Shown: positions 37,101-51,180 of the stretch, piece by piece
Position numbering within the stretch: the first letter of the stretch is position 1
How the letters are laid out: every line of letters starts with the position of its first letter
Assembly: GCA_013265495.1 (NCBI GenBank)
Contig: MU061579.1
Location: 5,021,146-5,085,145 of the forward strand
Origin: Vicugna vicugna
Taxonomy: Eukaryota
DNA: 64,000 nucleotides
Reading direction: 5' to 3'
Made by a program: the position numbers and the translations under genes
The notes under the pieces: model-generated
What the model was told of the DNA's origin: nothing
Databases searched by the model: none
The model's input: the letters and a program-made list of their open reading frames with translations, nothing else

Positions 37101-39309
37101 CTGAAAAAGGTGAAAGTGATTACTAGAAGAAAGCAACATTTGGAAGGAGAGTTGAAAGGAGCTAAATACACAGTCCGTGCATGGCAAGCAATCTGCTGAA
37201 CAAAACAAATTACACAATACTTCCAGAATGACTCACTGCCTCGGGGAAATACAAAATAGAACACAAAGAAGAAGGAAAAATCACTGAAAACTGCAATCAT
37301 AACAACTATGAGAAAAATGGCACTGAAAAAGAGAAACTCAGTAAAAATACTGTAATAGAATCAATCCCATGCAGAGTACAAATCAGATTTCCCAAGAAGC
37401 CAGGCAGAAAAACCCAAATGTAGACAAAGAAATGATGAAGTCTCATTTTAATGTACCTATAAGACATGCATTTATCCTACAGAATGTTGCCCCAAAATGC
37501 AGTTGTCTTCCAAAAGACAACAGTTGTTTTGAAAATTCAACATAGGTTGAATATTGGGGTGGTTTCTTCTGTTTTATGGTTCCATATACTCTAGAAGTAC
37601 AGAAATTTAACTAAATCAGATTCATATTTAATGTGATCTGGTTTCAACACATAAACTATCACAAAAAAGTACTTGTATTCCTTAGGAACTCAGCTGAGCT
37701 GGAGAGAGCTGAGATGCCAGAGTAACCAATTAAAGCAACAGTGAGTCAAAATGAAAGTAATATTGAAGCCTCTAATGACAGCAAAAGTAAAGCAAGAGGT
37801 TAAAACTGGAGAAAGGCACCAACTCACTGCTGTTTCATCTCCCTTATACCACTCAAGAGTCTAATGGATCAGCATAGATGTGGGGACATCTCATCTATGT
37901 CTTATTTTGTTGGAGGAGACCAAAATAAAAGCTCTGGTGGTTTTCAGGACCTGGGGTGGGGGTGGGACGATGGAGGAGAAAGGTTAGGAGAGGAAAAGTA
38001 CTAGGTCTGATGGGAAAAAGTGTCTTCAGCTTTATCCTCCTCTCCTCATAAGGAGATCTTGGCAGAAGCATCTGAGAAAGATCTCTGCCAAAGGCCCCTG
38101 ATAAAGAGATCTAGGAATAAAGGTGTCTAGGCTAAGAATGCAAACATGCATGGGAGCATGACCTTCCGGAAAGGCCTGAATCCTAGACAGCAACTCCCTT
38201 CTGAGACTGCAGTGCATTGGATGTGCACCAAGTCTGGAGGGAGGTCAGCTTTCCTCATGAGGCCTACCAGATAAAACCTTTGTAACTGTCTACAGCTGGA
38301 CTTGAAAAATCACATGTAGGTTTTTAACCACAAGCCAGATTCCTCGGTATTCTTAAACTCAACACTAACTATAGAAAATACAGAATGTCAACAATCATGT
38401 AATGGGCTTAAAAACAAATAATAAGCATGTCTGAGAAGTTGCTGTTTTTAAACAAATCAAAGGCTATTTCACCCTGTAGTTAGAAGGATAGGCTTCACAT
38501 TTTTAGGATGTAGTATACGTATTTTAAGGAGCCAGGGATACAATGCTTCTATTCATAATTCATTCAGCTGCTTGTCATAGGAAATCAGGAAATCTTTCTT
38601 GATAACTCTTACTTCTCACCCTTCCATCCTTAGCTTATGTAAGTTTTAATGCTTTAATTCTTTAATACCTCTGCATTCTACCCATTGTTCAGATTATAAG
38701 ATCTAAGATGGCTGTACCTATGGCCTTGTGCTCTTCATCGAGTTTTTTTCCACCAAGAAAATTTGACCAATAAGTATTTTTGAAATAAATGAAGTCCTTC
38801 TTTTTTTTTTTTCCCCTCTTCATTTTTCTCTCCTGGTGTTCACACTTTTAAGTACAGGTTAAAATTCACACTAATTCATCACTCATGGTTAGAGAAGAAG
38901 ATAAATGATGCCTTAAGGAAGACAGGTAAGATAAACAATAGACCCATATGGAACATTCTGTAGGAAAACTAGGAATATTCTTCACCATTCCACGGCCCTC
39001 TATATTGTGTTTGATGGAAAGAAAATTAGAGAAAATTGTACATTATACTTTACACATAAATGAGCTCCTTTCTATACGAAGATTTCTAAGTCTGTGGCAA
39101 TATCAGAAATCACTAGAGATATAATTTTAGTATAAAAGCAACACTTTAAATACTCTTATCAGTGACTAGTTACTATGCTAAAAATAAAATCTTATGAATG
39201 TTCTCATTTTATTTATATTACTTTATATAGTTTCTTTGTATAAATATAGTTCACTGCTATGTATATATCTTTTCTCATTAGACTTGTAAGTCTCAGTAGT
39301 TTCATACAT

Positions 39310-42300
39310 GGAAGACAGAGAGGGAGAAAGGTCCATAAAGCTTATTCAAAGAAATAAAGTCTGAAAACCTCACAAATATGGGGAAGGAAGTGTATGTCCA
39401 TATTAAAAAAATAATATATCAAATAAGAGAACCCAAAGAAATCCACACTGAGACACTGCTATAGATTGAATATTTGTCTTTCTCCAATCCAATTCATATG
39501 TTGAAACTTAATCCCCAATGTGATGATATTTAGAGGTGGGGCCTTTGGGAGCTGCTTAGGTCCTGAGAGTATACTTCTTATAAATTGGAATAGTGCTCTT
39601 ATAAAAGAGACTCTAGAAATTTCCTTTGTCCATTCTGCCATGTGAGGACACAGTGAGAAGACAGCTGTCTGTGAACTAGGAAGCACGCTCTCACTAGACT
39701 CCAAATCTGTTGGCACCTTAATGTTAGGCTTCCCAGGCTCCAGAATTACAATAAATAATGTTCCATTGTTTACAAGCCACCTAGTCTATGGTATTCTGTT
39801 ACAGCAGCCTGAACAGACTAAGACAAACACATTATAATCAAATTGTCAGAAGTTGGAGACAAAAAAAGAATGCTAAAAACAGCAAGAGAAAAGTGGCTTA
39901 TATACATGGCAACCCCCAAAAGACTATCAGTGGAAAGTAAAAGTCTTGCAGGCCAAAAGGAAGTGGAATGATATATTCAAAGTACTGAACGAAAAATGCC
40001 AATGAAGAATACTACATCCAGTATAAAAGGGAGATAAAGACATTTTCAGAAAAACAAAAGATGAGGGAATTAATCCCAACTAGACCACTCTTACAAGGAA
40101 AGATAAGAGAGTTCTTCAAAATGAAACGAAAGGACACTCAATAGCAAAACGATAGCAGAAGGAAGTATGAAGCTTGTCAGCAAAGATACATAGACAGATA
40201 CAAAAAACTGTATTACCATAATGGTGATGAGTCAATCACTTTTAATTCTAATAAAAATGTTTTAAAAGTCTTAAAATAACTAAATTTTAAAATATGCTAA
40301 AATACACAAATATGAATAATGTAAATTATAATAACAATAACGAAGTGTGGAATGGACAAAGTAAAAATATAGAGTTTTTGTTTGTGATCAGACTTAAATT
40401 GCTGTCAGCTTAACATATTCTGTTAAATTGCAAGATATTTCATGTAAGTCCCTAGGAAAACTATCCCTATAGAAGTTATAAAATATAAAAATGTGTCAAA
40501 GCACATCAATAGAAAAAAAATCAACAAACATCAAGAGAGACATCAAGAGAATAAAAAGTAGACAAAGAAACTATAATACTAAAAGAAAATAACTAACAAA
40601 ATGGTAATAAGTCCATCATTATTAATAATTACTTTAAATATAAATCAGTTAAAGTCCCCAATTATGTCAGAAGGTGGCTGAATGGATAAAAAAGTAAGAG
40701 TCAACTATACGCTGCGTATAAGAAACTCAATTTAGATTTAAGGGCACACATTGGCTGAAAGTGAAGGAAGAAAATGATACTCCATGCAAAGGGAAACCAA
40801 AAAAGAGCAGGAATGGCTATAGTTGTATTAGAAAAAAAATAGACTTTAAATCAAATACTCTAACAAGAGAAAAAGAAAAATACAATGCTATGATAAAATG
40901 ACAAAATCCACTCAGAAGGTGTAACAAATATAAATATATATGTACCTGGCATCAGAACACTTAAATATATTAAGTGAATATTGGCAGAACTGGAGAGAGA
41001 AACACACAGTGATACAATAATAGTAAGAAATTTCATTAATAGACAGACCATTCAGATGGAAAATCAATAAGGAAAAAGAGGGCTTGAGAGACACTAAAGT
41101 GAATGGACTTAAAATGTATATATATGTACAGCAATATACTCAACAAGAGCAGAACACACATTATTCTCAATAGCCCACAGTTCTTTAAGCAGGAGGGAGC
41201 CCATGTTAGGTCACAAAACAAATCTTAATAAAATAAATAAAATAAAATATTCCTTATCAAGTATCTTTTCTGATCACAATGGAATGAAACTAGAAGTCAT
41301 TAATAGAATGAAAACTGAAAAATTTGCAGACATGTGGAAATTAAACAGCACAGTCCTGACCATCCACTAATCCAAAAAAAAAAAACAAAAAACAAAAGGA
41401 TACCTCAAGACAAAAATGAAAACACAACATACCAAAACTTATGAAACACAGCAAAAGCAGTACTAAGAAGAAAGTTCATAGTGGTAAACACTTAAACTAG
41501 AAAAGAAGAAAGATATCAAATAAATCACCTAAATTTATACCTGGAGGAACTAGAGAAAGAAGGGCAAAATAAGCCAAAAGTTACCAGGTAAAGGACATAA
41601 CAAAGACTAGATCTGAAATAAAATAAAAAATTGCAAAACAATGGAAATGGTCAATAAAACTGTGTTCTCTTATGAAAGGGACACAAAATTAACAAACCTT
41701 TCACTAGACTAAGAAAAAAGAGAGCACACTCAAAAAAAAAAATAGAAATAAAACAGGAGACATTACAAATGATATCACAGAAATAAAAACAATCACAAAA
41801 AAATATTATGACCAATCATATGTCAAGAAACTAGGTAATCTAGAAGAAATAAATAAATTCATAGAAACATATAAACTACCAAAACCAAATCATGAAGAAA
41901 TAGAAAGCAGACCAGTAACTAGTATGCAGATTGAGTTGGCAATCAAAAAAAGCTCAAGACCAAGTGGCTTTATTGACAAATTCTCCCAGATATTTAAGAA
42001 AGAATTAATACCAACACTTCTCAAGTTCCTCCAAAAAATAAAGAAGGAGGGAAAATGTTCAAACTGATTATATGAGGCCAGAGTTACTCTGATACCAGAG
42101 CTAGACAAAGACACCGCAAGTAAAGACAATTATAGACCTAGATCTCTGATGAATATAGAGTAAAAAAAAAAGTCTCAACATAATACTAGCAAACTAAATC
42201 CAATAATACAGTTAAAGGATCATATACTCTGTCCAATTGGGATCTATACCTGGGATGCAGGGATAATTCAACATATACAAATCAATTAATATAATCCACT

Positions 42301-44482
42301 ACATTTACAGAATAAAATATAAAAACCACATGATTATTTCAGATACGAAAAATCCGTTCACAAAATTCAACACTCTTTTATGATAAAAACTCTCAACAAA
42401 CTAAGACTAGAAAGAAATTACATCAATGTTATTAAAATATATAAAAAAGCCACATCCTTTTCACTGATAAAAAAATGAAAGGCTTTTCTCTAAAACCAGG
42501 AACAAGGTAAGGATAACCACTGTCATCACTTTTAGTGAACATAGTACCATAAATCTAGTCAAATCAAATAGACAAGAAAAATAATTAAAAGGCACCCAAA
42601 TTGAAAAGGGATAAACATTAAAATAAAATGTCTGTGTTTATAGACAGCATAATGTATATATATAAAACTCTAAAAATTCCATTAAAAACCTCTTAGAACT
42701 AGTAAACAAATTCAATAAAGTTGCAAGATACAAGATCAACATACAAAAATCAGTTGCATTTCTATACACTAATAATAAAGTATGGTGAAAACAATTGGCA
42801 CAAACAAATGGAAAGATATTCCACTTTTATGGGAATTTATATTTGGAATACATAATATTGTTAAAATGTCTATGCTATCTAATATGATAAACAGGTTCAA
42901 GGCAATCCCTGTCAAAACAATTCTAAAATTCACATAGAACCTCAAAAAAATCAAAAAGTGCCAAATCAAATTTGAGAAAGAAAAACAAAGCTAGAGACAT
43001 CACACTACCTTCTTTCAAAAGATACTACAAAACTATAGTAACTAAAACAATACAGTACTAGCATAAAGACAGACATAGAGACCAATAAAAAAGAATAGAG
43101 AACCCAGAAATAAACTCATACAATCCACAGTCAACTGATCTTCAGCAAGGGTGACAAGAATACACAATGGGGAAAGGATAGTGCCTTGAACAAATGATGC
43201 TGGGAAAAAATGGGTATCCATGTGCAAAAGAATGAAATTGGACTCTTACCATATTAATCCCATACACAAAAATCAACTCAAGATTATTTAAATACTTAAA
43301 ATACCTGAAATTGTAAAACTTCTAGAAATTAACAATATGGAGACCATTTCAAACATTAGCTGTGAGAATTTTTTCATGGATATGATACCAAAATCACACA
43401 CAAAAAAACAAAAATAAACAAATGGGAATACACCAAACAACATGCTTCTGCACAGGAAAGGAGACAATCAACAGAGGAAAAAGGCAACTCATGGACTGGG
43501 AGAAAGTATTTGCAAACCACATATCCAGTAACAGGTTAATCTCCAAAATATAGAAGAAACTTCTACAACTCAACAGTTTAAAAACAATAATGACAAAACA
43601 AAGTGATAATCTGATTTAAAATTGGGCTATTGACTTCAATAAACATTTTTCTAAAGAAGACAAACAAATATCCAGCAAGTGTATGAAAAATACTCAACAT
43701 CATTTCCATGATGATTCAATGTCCAATCATTATGGAAATGCAAATCAAAACCACAATGAGATGTCACCTCACACCTGACATAATGGCTGTTATCAAAAAC
43801 AAAAACAAAAACAAGTTTTGGAGAGGAAGTGGAAAAGTTGGACCACTTTCAAAACTGGTGGTGGGAATGCAAATAGTGAAACTGAAGTGGAAAATTATGG
43901 AGGTTTCTCAAAAAATTAAAAACAAAACTATCATATGATCCAGTAATTCCATGCTTGGATATATATTCAAAGTACCTGAAATCAGGATCTGTAAGAGATA
44001 TTAATTAGCACTCCTATGTTCACTGCACTACAGTCAAGATGTGGCAAGAACAAAATGTCCACCAACATATGAATGAATAAGAAAATGTCGCATATAAATA
44101 CAATGGAGTATTATTCAACTTTTAAAAGCTGAGGGAATTCTGAAATGTGCAACAACATAAATGAACCCAGAGGATATCATGTTAAGTAAAGTAAGTCAGG
44201 TATAGATAGACAAATACTGCATGATTCTGCTGAGATGAAATATCTAAAACAGCCAAATTCATAGAACCAAAGAATGGAATAGTAGTTGCCAGGGGCTAGG
44301 GTGAGGGAGAAATGTGGAATTAGTAATCAAGGGCCAAAAAGTTTCAGTTAAGCAAGATGAATAAACTCGAAATTGATGTACAGCAGTATAGCTCTAGCCA
44401 AAAATGATGTATTGCACATTTAAAACTTGAAGAGAGTAGATCTAATGTTGTGTCTTTGCCACAAAAAATAAAATAATAAAAA
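39310..44482 (+). mobile_element. 5'-truncated old L1 (L1MA10/L1MB-like): partial ORF1, decayed ORF2, 3'UTR
   Basis: ORF1 remnant (TTATTCAAAGAAATAAAGTCTGAAAACC; CACATTATAATCAAATTGTC); endonuclease region from about 40600; RT-region motifs; C-terminal ATGGAAATGCAAATCAAAACCACAATGAGATGTCACCTCACACC (ORF 43708-43938); 3'UTR AGTTTCAGTTAAGCAAGATGAATAA...GTAGATCTAATGTT...CACAAAAAATAAAATAA. Confidence 0.92.
39457..39825 (+). mobile_element. MLT1A0-like MaLR solo LTR inserted in L1 ORF1
   Basis: Full-length TGCTATAGATTGAAT...GAACAGACTAAGACA, with 5-bp TSD GACAC/AACAC (39452-39456, 39826-39830). Confidence 0.92.
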
Positions 44483-45268
44483 TATTCTAACCAGGTAGCT
44501 GAGGAGACAGCTTTTTTTTTTTTAGAAATAGTTTCTATATATGATTTATGAATTAAATTTTAATGGGAAATCAAAGCATATAAAGGAAGGTGACTGTTTT
44601 GCAAATAATGTTTTTAAAGCAAAGACATTTCTTGTGTGTTCATTTTACAGTTTTTATAAAGACAAATTCCAACAAATTTAGAGTGTTAAATTTTATTTTT
44701 ATAATATCATTACTTTGTCAAAACTGAGAAATGTGATCCAATTCAGCACCGTATGGATATATTTTAAACAACTTTACACAATTTTATACAACTTTAACTC
44801 ACTGATCTGATAACCTCATGATAATTACTGATAAGAGAATAATTTGAAAAAAGAAACACTTAATCCTAAATTTTGCATTTAAATTCTTAAGGTACATAGA
44901 CCACACTTCTACTTATACTTAAGTACCTCTAACAAATGTAAAAGTATTTAATAACCTTTAAACCATTGTGCTTTAATATCTCCTCAAGAGTTTTAAATAT
45001 ATATATATTTGAGTATATATTTTTAATACATAATTTTTAATTTATGCATGTTTGTGTATACATATCCCCTCATGTATATTTAGGTTAACATCAGAAATAG
45101 TTGTCATAAATGCAATCAGTTGTAGATGTAATTTCTGATGTAGTAGAAATACTAAATTTAACCATAAAATTACGACATAACTCATTTAAATATTTCAACA
45201 AAATCAAAATGCCACAGCAACTTGATATACTTAAATGAAGGTTAAAATTGAAAATTAAATTACTAAGA

Positions 45269-45447
45269 ACCCATCATGAATGACATTAGTGACCTTTCAA
45301 ATGGGGCTCAGAGAGCTCCCTTGTCTCTTCCACCATGTGAGGATCTTAGAATCCTCAGCCTCTAAAACTGTGAGAAATAAATTTCTGTTGCTTCCAAGCT
45401 ACTCAGCTTATGGTATTTTGTTAAAGCTGCACAAATAGACTTAGAAA
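45269..45447 (+). mobile_element. MLT1A-like LTR 3' fragment
   Basis: CAGAGAGCTCCCTTGTCTCTTCCACCATGTGAGGA...CAGCCTCTAAAACTGTGAGAAATAAATTTCTGTTG...TATGGTATTTTGTT. Confidence 0.8.
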
Positions 45448-47106
45448 TCCACTTGACTTATAGTTAGAGCATAATACATTCATTCTGTATAGCACTATGT
45501 TTCTAATTTTAATTAAAGGATATTGATTAACTTATTATCAATTATTTCTTTTATTAACTTAATAAATTTCCTTATAACCATATTTGCTTCGTTTTAATTA
45601 GAGACAGGATATCTCACCTTAACTCATTCTTTACTTATTGTTTCTGTCTTTTTAATTTTTATTCTTCCAAATTTCCCACTCTTTAGTAAACACAATAATT
45701 AATTTCAGTCACTAGTGTACTGTTTAATTTTGGCACTCTGGCCTTATAAATAGAGCTATATTATTAATCAGTATGGCAAGGTAATCTTGGGATGAAATGG
45801 TCTATAAAGTCATTTATCATTCCTTATATCTATATTTCACATTCACCAAGGGAGAAGAGTACTTCTTGCAATATTTCCTAATGGTAACTGAACTACCCCT
45901 TGAGATGAGTACAGGTGAGGCAGAAACATGACATGAGAGATTAGACCAGGTGATACTGGAGTCGTTGGCTGAATTACTCTGGAGTTGTGTAGGAAAGGTG
46001 GGCCTGCTCATGACTGGAAAAGAATTAATGTTCTTCCATGAATACCTTTCTTATATCAAAAAATGACATAAATACTAAAGGGACTGGAGTTCCAAAAATT
46101 ATGAGTGGAAGGACCAAACTATGATGCCAGTCAATATTTATTACACACAGAACACACTTTAAGATTGATGTCTACAGCATTGCCCTCAAGGCTTACACTA
46201 CCATTTTAAGTCACTGCCTCATGAACAGTGTAAGGCTATTTTATGGGTGATATCAGCCATTCTTCATTCCTACTATAGATGTCCATTGTTGAGGAATAGG
46301 TCACCTCTCTAAAAATAAGCTTCTGATGCTACCAACCAGAACCAAAATTACATCATCCAGGTGACAAAAATTCTCAAATAATCAGTCCTTTATCATAGAA
46401 GATTTGAGAATCACATTATTAAAATCACATCATATGACAAAACATGAATATGAAGGATGAATGTTACTACAGCATGTGCTCAAATTTGATTTTATTATTG
46501 TTACGACAAGTGATTCATCCTTAGACCAACTGCAGTTAAAACCACAATATAGTAGTACTACTCTAACTTTGCTTGGAAAATGAATTATGCTTTATACTTA
46601 TTTAAGCATAAGATAAGATAAAATTATGAGTTGGTGATAATATCCCAATTAAGGCAGGTACACACAATTTTTTAAAAAATTGTGAATGACAGCTCTGCAT
46701 ACTCTTAAGCCCATATATTTAAAAAAAACACTTTTCTTTTCAAGTGTAATAATCAGGAATATTTATTCGGCATTTTCAAAATAAAACATGATCTGTTAAC
46801 TAATGACTCTGCCTAAAAATATTTAAAAATCACAGATTTTAAAACCTTATGTCCAACTATAAGTGAAATAAATATGTAATAACACAGAAAGTTTCTACAA
46901 TACATAGAATGAAGAACTAGTTCACCAGTATGGTTAGAAATTTGGAAAGCATAAAAATTTCTACAGAAAAAAATGAAAGAAAATACAATTTGTGGATATT
47001 CCTTGGTTGTAGTTATAATCATTTATTACTATGTCAATGAGTATATTTTTCAGTGAAAATATAAGAATTATTGAAAAAGTCTTTCAATCAATAGTAGATC
47101 AATCTC

Positions 47107-48050
47107 AGAAGAGATAGCCCAGAAATAAACCTACACATCTATAGTCAATTAGTCTTTGACAAAGAAGGCAAGAATATACAATAGAGAAGACAATCTCTTC
47201 AACAAGTGGTGTTGGGAAAGCTGGACAGCCACATGTAAATCAATGAAATTAGAACATTCCCTCACACCATATACAAAAATAAACTTAAAATGGCATAAAA
47301 ACTTCAACATAAGACAAGATACTATAAATCTCATAGAAGAAAACATAGGTAAAGTACTTTATGATATAAATCATAGCAATGTTTTCCTACCACAGTCTAC
47401 TAAGGTAATAGAAAGAAAAGCAAAAACAAATAAATGGGACCTAATTAAATTTATACTCTTTTGCACAGCAAAGGAAACCATAAATAAAACAAAAAGACAA
47501 CGTACAGAATAGGAGAAAATATTTGCAAACAATGCTACTGACAAGGGCTTAATTTCCAGAATATACAAAGAGCTCATACAACTCAATAACCTAAAAAAAA
47601 TACAAAAATGGGAAGAAAAATTAAATAAACGTTTCTCCAATAAAGACACACAAATGGCCAATAGGTACATGAAAAAATGCTCAGTGTTGCTATTACAGAA
47701 ATGAAAATCAAAACTACAATGAGGTATTGCCTCACACCGGTCAGACTGGCCATCATTAAAAATTCCACAAATGTTACTTGCTGGAAGGGTGTGGAGAAGA
47801 GGGACCCCTCTTACAATATTGGTGGGAATGTATTTTTGTGCAGGATTTATGGAAAACAATATGGCGAGTCCTTAAAAAACTAAAAATAGACTTCCCTATG
47901 GTCCAACAATTCACTCCTGGGCATATATCCAGAGGAAACTCTAATTTGAAAAGATACATGCACCTAATGCTCATAGCAGCAACTATCTACAATAGCCAAG
48001 ACATGGAAGTAACCTAACTGTCCATTAAGAGATAACTGGATAAAGAAGTT

Positions 48051-48099
<49 letters not shown>

Positions 48100-48561
48100 A
48101 TAAAATACTATTCAGCTATAAAAAAGAATAAAGTCATGACATTTGCAGCAACGTGAATGGACCTGGAAATCATCATACTAAGTGAATTAAGTAGCCAAAA
48201 AGAGAAATAAAAATACCATATGACATCACTTATATATGGAATCATAAAAAGAACACAAATGAACTTATTTATAAAACAGAGACAGACTCAGAGACATAGA
48301 AAACAAATTTATGGTTACCAGGGAGGGAAAGGAGTAGGGAGGGATAAATTGAGAGTTGTTCAGGATTTGCAAATACTAACTACTATATATAAAACAGATA
48401 AACAAAAAATCCTACTGTATAGCACAGGGAACTATATTCAATACCTTATAAAGGATTATAATGGAAAAGAATATGAAAAGGAATATATAGGTGTCATTAT
48501 ACTGTACACCAGAAATTAATACATCATCGTAAATAAACTATACTTCAGTTAAAAAATGCTT
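47107..48561 (+). mobile_element. Relatively young 5'-truncated L1 (ORF2 C-terminus plus 3'UTR) with 20-bp TSD
   Basis: ORF 47156-47512 (LFNKWCWESWTATCKSMKLEHSLTPYTKINLKW) and 47677-47883 are L1 ORF2 pieces. TSD ATCAATAGTAGATCAATCTC (47087-47106) / ATCAATACTAGATCAATCTC (48562-48581), one mismatch. Confidence 0.95.
48053..48094. repeat. (AC)21 microsatellite inside L1
   Basis: Perfect AC run of 42 bp. Confidence 0.95.
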
Positions 48562-48589
48562 ATCAATACTAGATCAATCTCTACCTGTA

Positions 48590-50313
48590 TATGTATAATT
48601 AGAAAATGTAATCTACACAGGCCATTATAAAATATTGCTAGAATCATTATTGTTCAAAGAGAATAATCAACCATTAAGAATGACACTTTAAAAGGTGAGA
48701 GGCATTCTGATATATGTCACTGTAGAAGAAAAGGTTAAGTATTGATGAAATCATCAACTACATGAAAATTAGGATCAACACAATCTCTATCAAAATCCTA
48801 ACTGGATATTTTGCAGTTGATTACAAGCCTAATGGAAAATTCATATGCAAATGCAAGAGACTCAAAATAGCCAAAATGATCTTTAAAAAGAATGGAGATG
48901 GAAGGATTCCACTTTCTTATTTCAAAATTTACTACAAAGCTACAATAGTCAAGAATTTGTGGTACTGGCATAAGGAAAGACATACAGATAAATGGAACAG
49001 AACTGAGAGTCTAGAAATAAGCACTTAACATATATGGTTAATTAAATTTCAAGTATGTTTGGAAAATTCAATGGAGAAAATCTGGATTGTTCATTAAATG
49101 GTACTAGAAGAACTGTATGTTCGGATGCAAAAAAAAAAAAGTTTGAGTCCCATCCTAAACCATATACAAAAGTTAATTCAATACAAATCATATACCTAAA
49201 TGTAAAAGGAATGACTCTAACAATTGTAGAAGAAAATAGTCCATCACCATGGCTCTGGAATAGGCAATGGTTTCTTAGATATAATACCAAAAGCACAAAT
49301 GACAAAATAAAAATGTAAAGTGCACTTCCTCAAAGTTAAAAAGGTGTTTGAAAGGACACCATTAAGAAATTGAAAGGTGAAACACTGAATGAGATAATAT
49401 ATTTGCAAATCACATCTGATAAAGAACTTGTATACACAACTCTTACAACTCAGTAATAAAAAGACAACTCCCAAAACAGGCAAATGATTTGAATAGACAT
49501 TTATATACCTCCTATATGTATATTTTATATACATATATCTACAATAGCACATGAAGAGATGTTCAACATCATTATTATTAAGGGATATGCAATTTAAAAC
49601 CAAAATGATACGTTACTTGACACCTAATAGGAGAGCTTTAATAATTTAAAAAAAGATAATAACACATGTTTGAGAAGATGTGGAGAAATTGGAATCCTTA
49701 TACATCGTTGATGGGAATGTAAAATGGTTCAATCACTATGGAAAACAACTTGGAAATTTCTCAAAATTCTAAACATAGAAGTACTATAAGACAGAAATTC
49801 CACTTTGAGTGGAAACACAAGAGAAATATTATTTACACAAATTATTGTAAGTGGATGTTCATGGCAGCATTATTCCTAACAACCAAAAAGTGTAAACAAT
49901 CTAAATGTCCATCAACTGATGAATGGATAAATGAAATGTGGTATAGCCATACAATGAGATAGTATTTGGCAATAAAAATGAATAAGTTGATGATAAATGC
50001 TATAAAATACATGAACCTTGAAAATATTATTCTAAGTAAACTAACAGTCATATATTATGCAATTCTATTTATATGAAATATCCAAAACAGACAGATCTAT
50101 AGACACAGAAAGTAGCTTTGTGGTTGTTTAAGGGCTGTGCAGGTTAGAAGTGACTGTTAATAGGTATAGGATTTCTTATTGGGTTGATTAAAATGTTCTA
50201 AAGTTGACTGTGGTAATAGTGCACAACTCAGTGAATATACTAAAACCTGTTCAATTGTACACTTTAAATGGATAAATTATGGTATGTAAATTATATCTCA
50301 AAAGCTGTTTAAA
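48590..50313 (+). mobile_element. Older L1 (L1MB-like) ORF2 3' part and 3'UTR
   Basis: ORF 48762-49028 YYKATIVKNLWYWHKERHTDKWNRTES is L1 ORF2. 3'UTR GTGCACAACTCAGTGAATATACTAAAACC...GTATGTAAATTATATCTCAAAAGCTGTT. Confidence 0.9.
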
Positions 50314-50569
50314 ACATTAGAGGGCATTGCCATAAAATTATATTGAAAGGGTCAATAAAATCTCATGACTCCAAATAAGAGATATGTTTTGCACTTCAGT
50401 GGCACTCTTGTCTACAACTCTTCTATGCTCTCTTATTTCTGGATTTGGGAATCTAATAAGAAATTCACACTAAAAATAATCTTACATGCTTGGAGAATAG
50501 TTGGTTCTATGTATTTGAATAAGAAATGAATGCTCCTGGAATATTCTCTTGTGTCTAACAATAATAATA

Positions 50570-51180
50570 ATATGATACAAGCAACAACAAAACTGTAGTA
50601 GTGGTAACTAATAGTTACTAAATGTTTAATATGTTGAATATTAATAACTGTCTAATTAAGTACCATTCCAGGTGTTTTACAAGCATTAACTTCAATCCTC
50701 ACCAATGCACTGTGAGGTCAGAACTATTATTCCCTTAACAAACAAACAAACAAACAAACAAACAAAGCATAAATACAAAACAGAAACAGACTCATAGACA
50801 TAGAATACAAACTTGTGGTTGCCAAGGGGGCAGGGAGTGGGAAGGCATAGACTGGGATTTCAAAATGTAGAACAGATAAACAAGATTATACTGTATAGCA
50901 CAGGGAAATATATAAAAGATCTTATGGTAGCTCACAGAGAAAAAATGTGACAATGAATATATATATGTTCATGTATAACTGAAAAATTGTGCTCTACACT
51001 GGAATTTGACACAACATTGTAAAATGATTATAAATCAATAAAAAACGTTAAAAAAAAAGAACCATTATTCCCTCAATTTTACAGATAAGAACAAGGAGGT
51101 TAACATTACACAACTATCAGGGATAGGTTGGAATTCTGGCTGTTTGGCTTTAGAATTCATGCTCTTAATCATTATGCTTT
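50570..51180 (-). mobile_element. MIR interrupted by a young L1 3' end
   Basis: TTAACTTCAATCCTCACCAATGCACTGTGAGGT...ACTATTATTCCC continues after the insertion as ATTTTACAGATAAGAACAAGGAGGTT. Confidence 0.75.
50736..51057 (+). mobile_element. Young camelid-type L1 3'UTR fragment with 16-bp TSD
   Basis: AGACTCATAGACATAGAATACAAACTTGTGGTTGCCAAGGGG...CTGAAAAATTGTGCTCTACACTGGAATTTGACACAACATTGTAAAATG...poly(A). TSD AGAACTATTATTCCCT (50720-50735) / AGAACCATTATTCCCT (51058-51073). Confidence 0.93.

Noticed and set aside
24900..37750. Scattered STAT (TTCCCAGAA near 24902, TTCCAGGAA near 30213) and AP-1 (TGACTCA near 37229) motifs
   Set aside because: Isolated 7-9-bp matches occur at chance frequency without clustering evidence.
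47149..49962. Dense cluster of ORFs (up to 162 aa) on both strands
   Set aside because: They are broken L1 ORF2 frames and their antisense shadows, not host genes.
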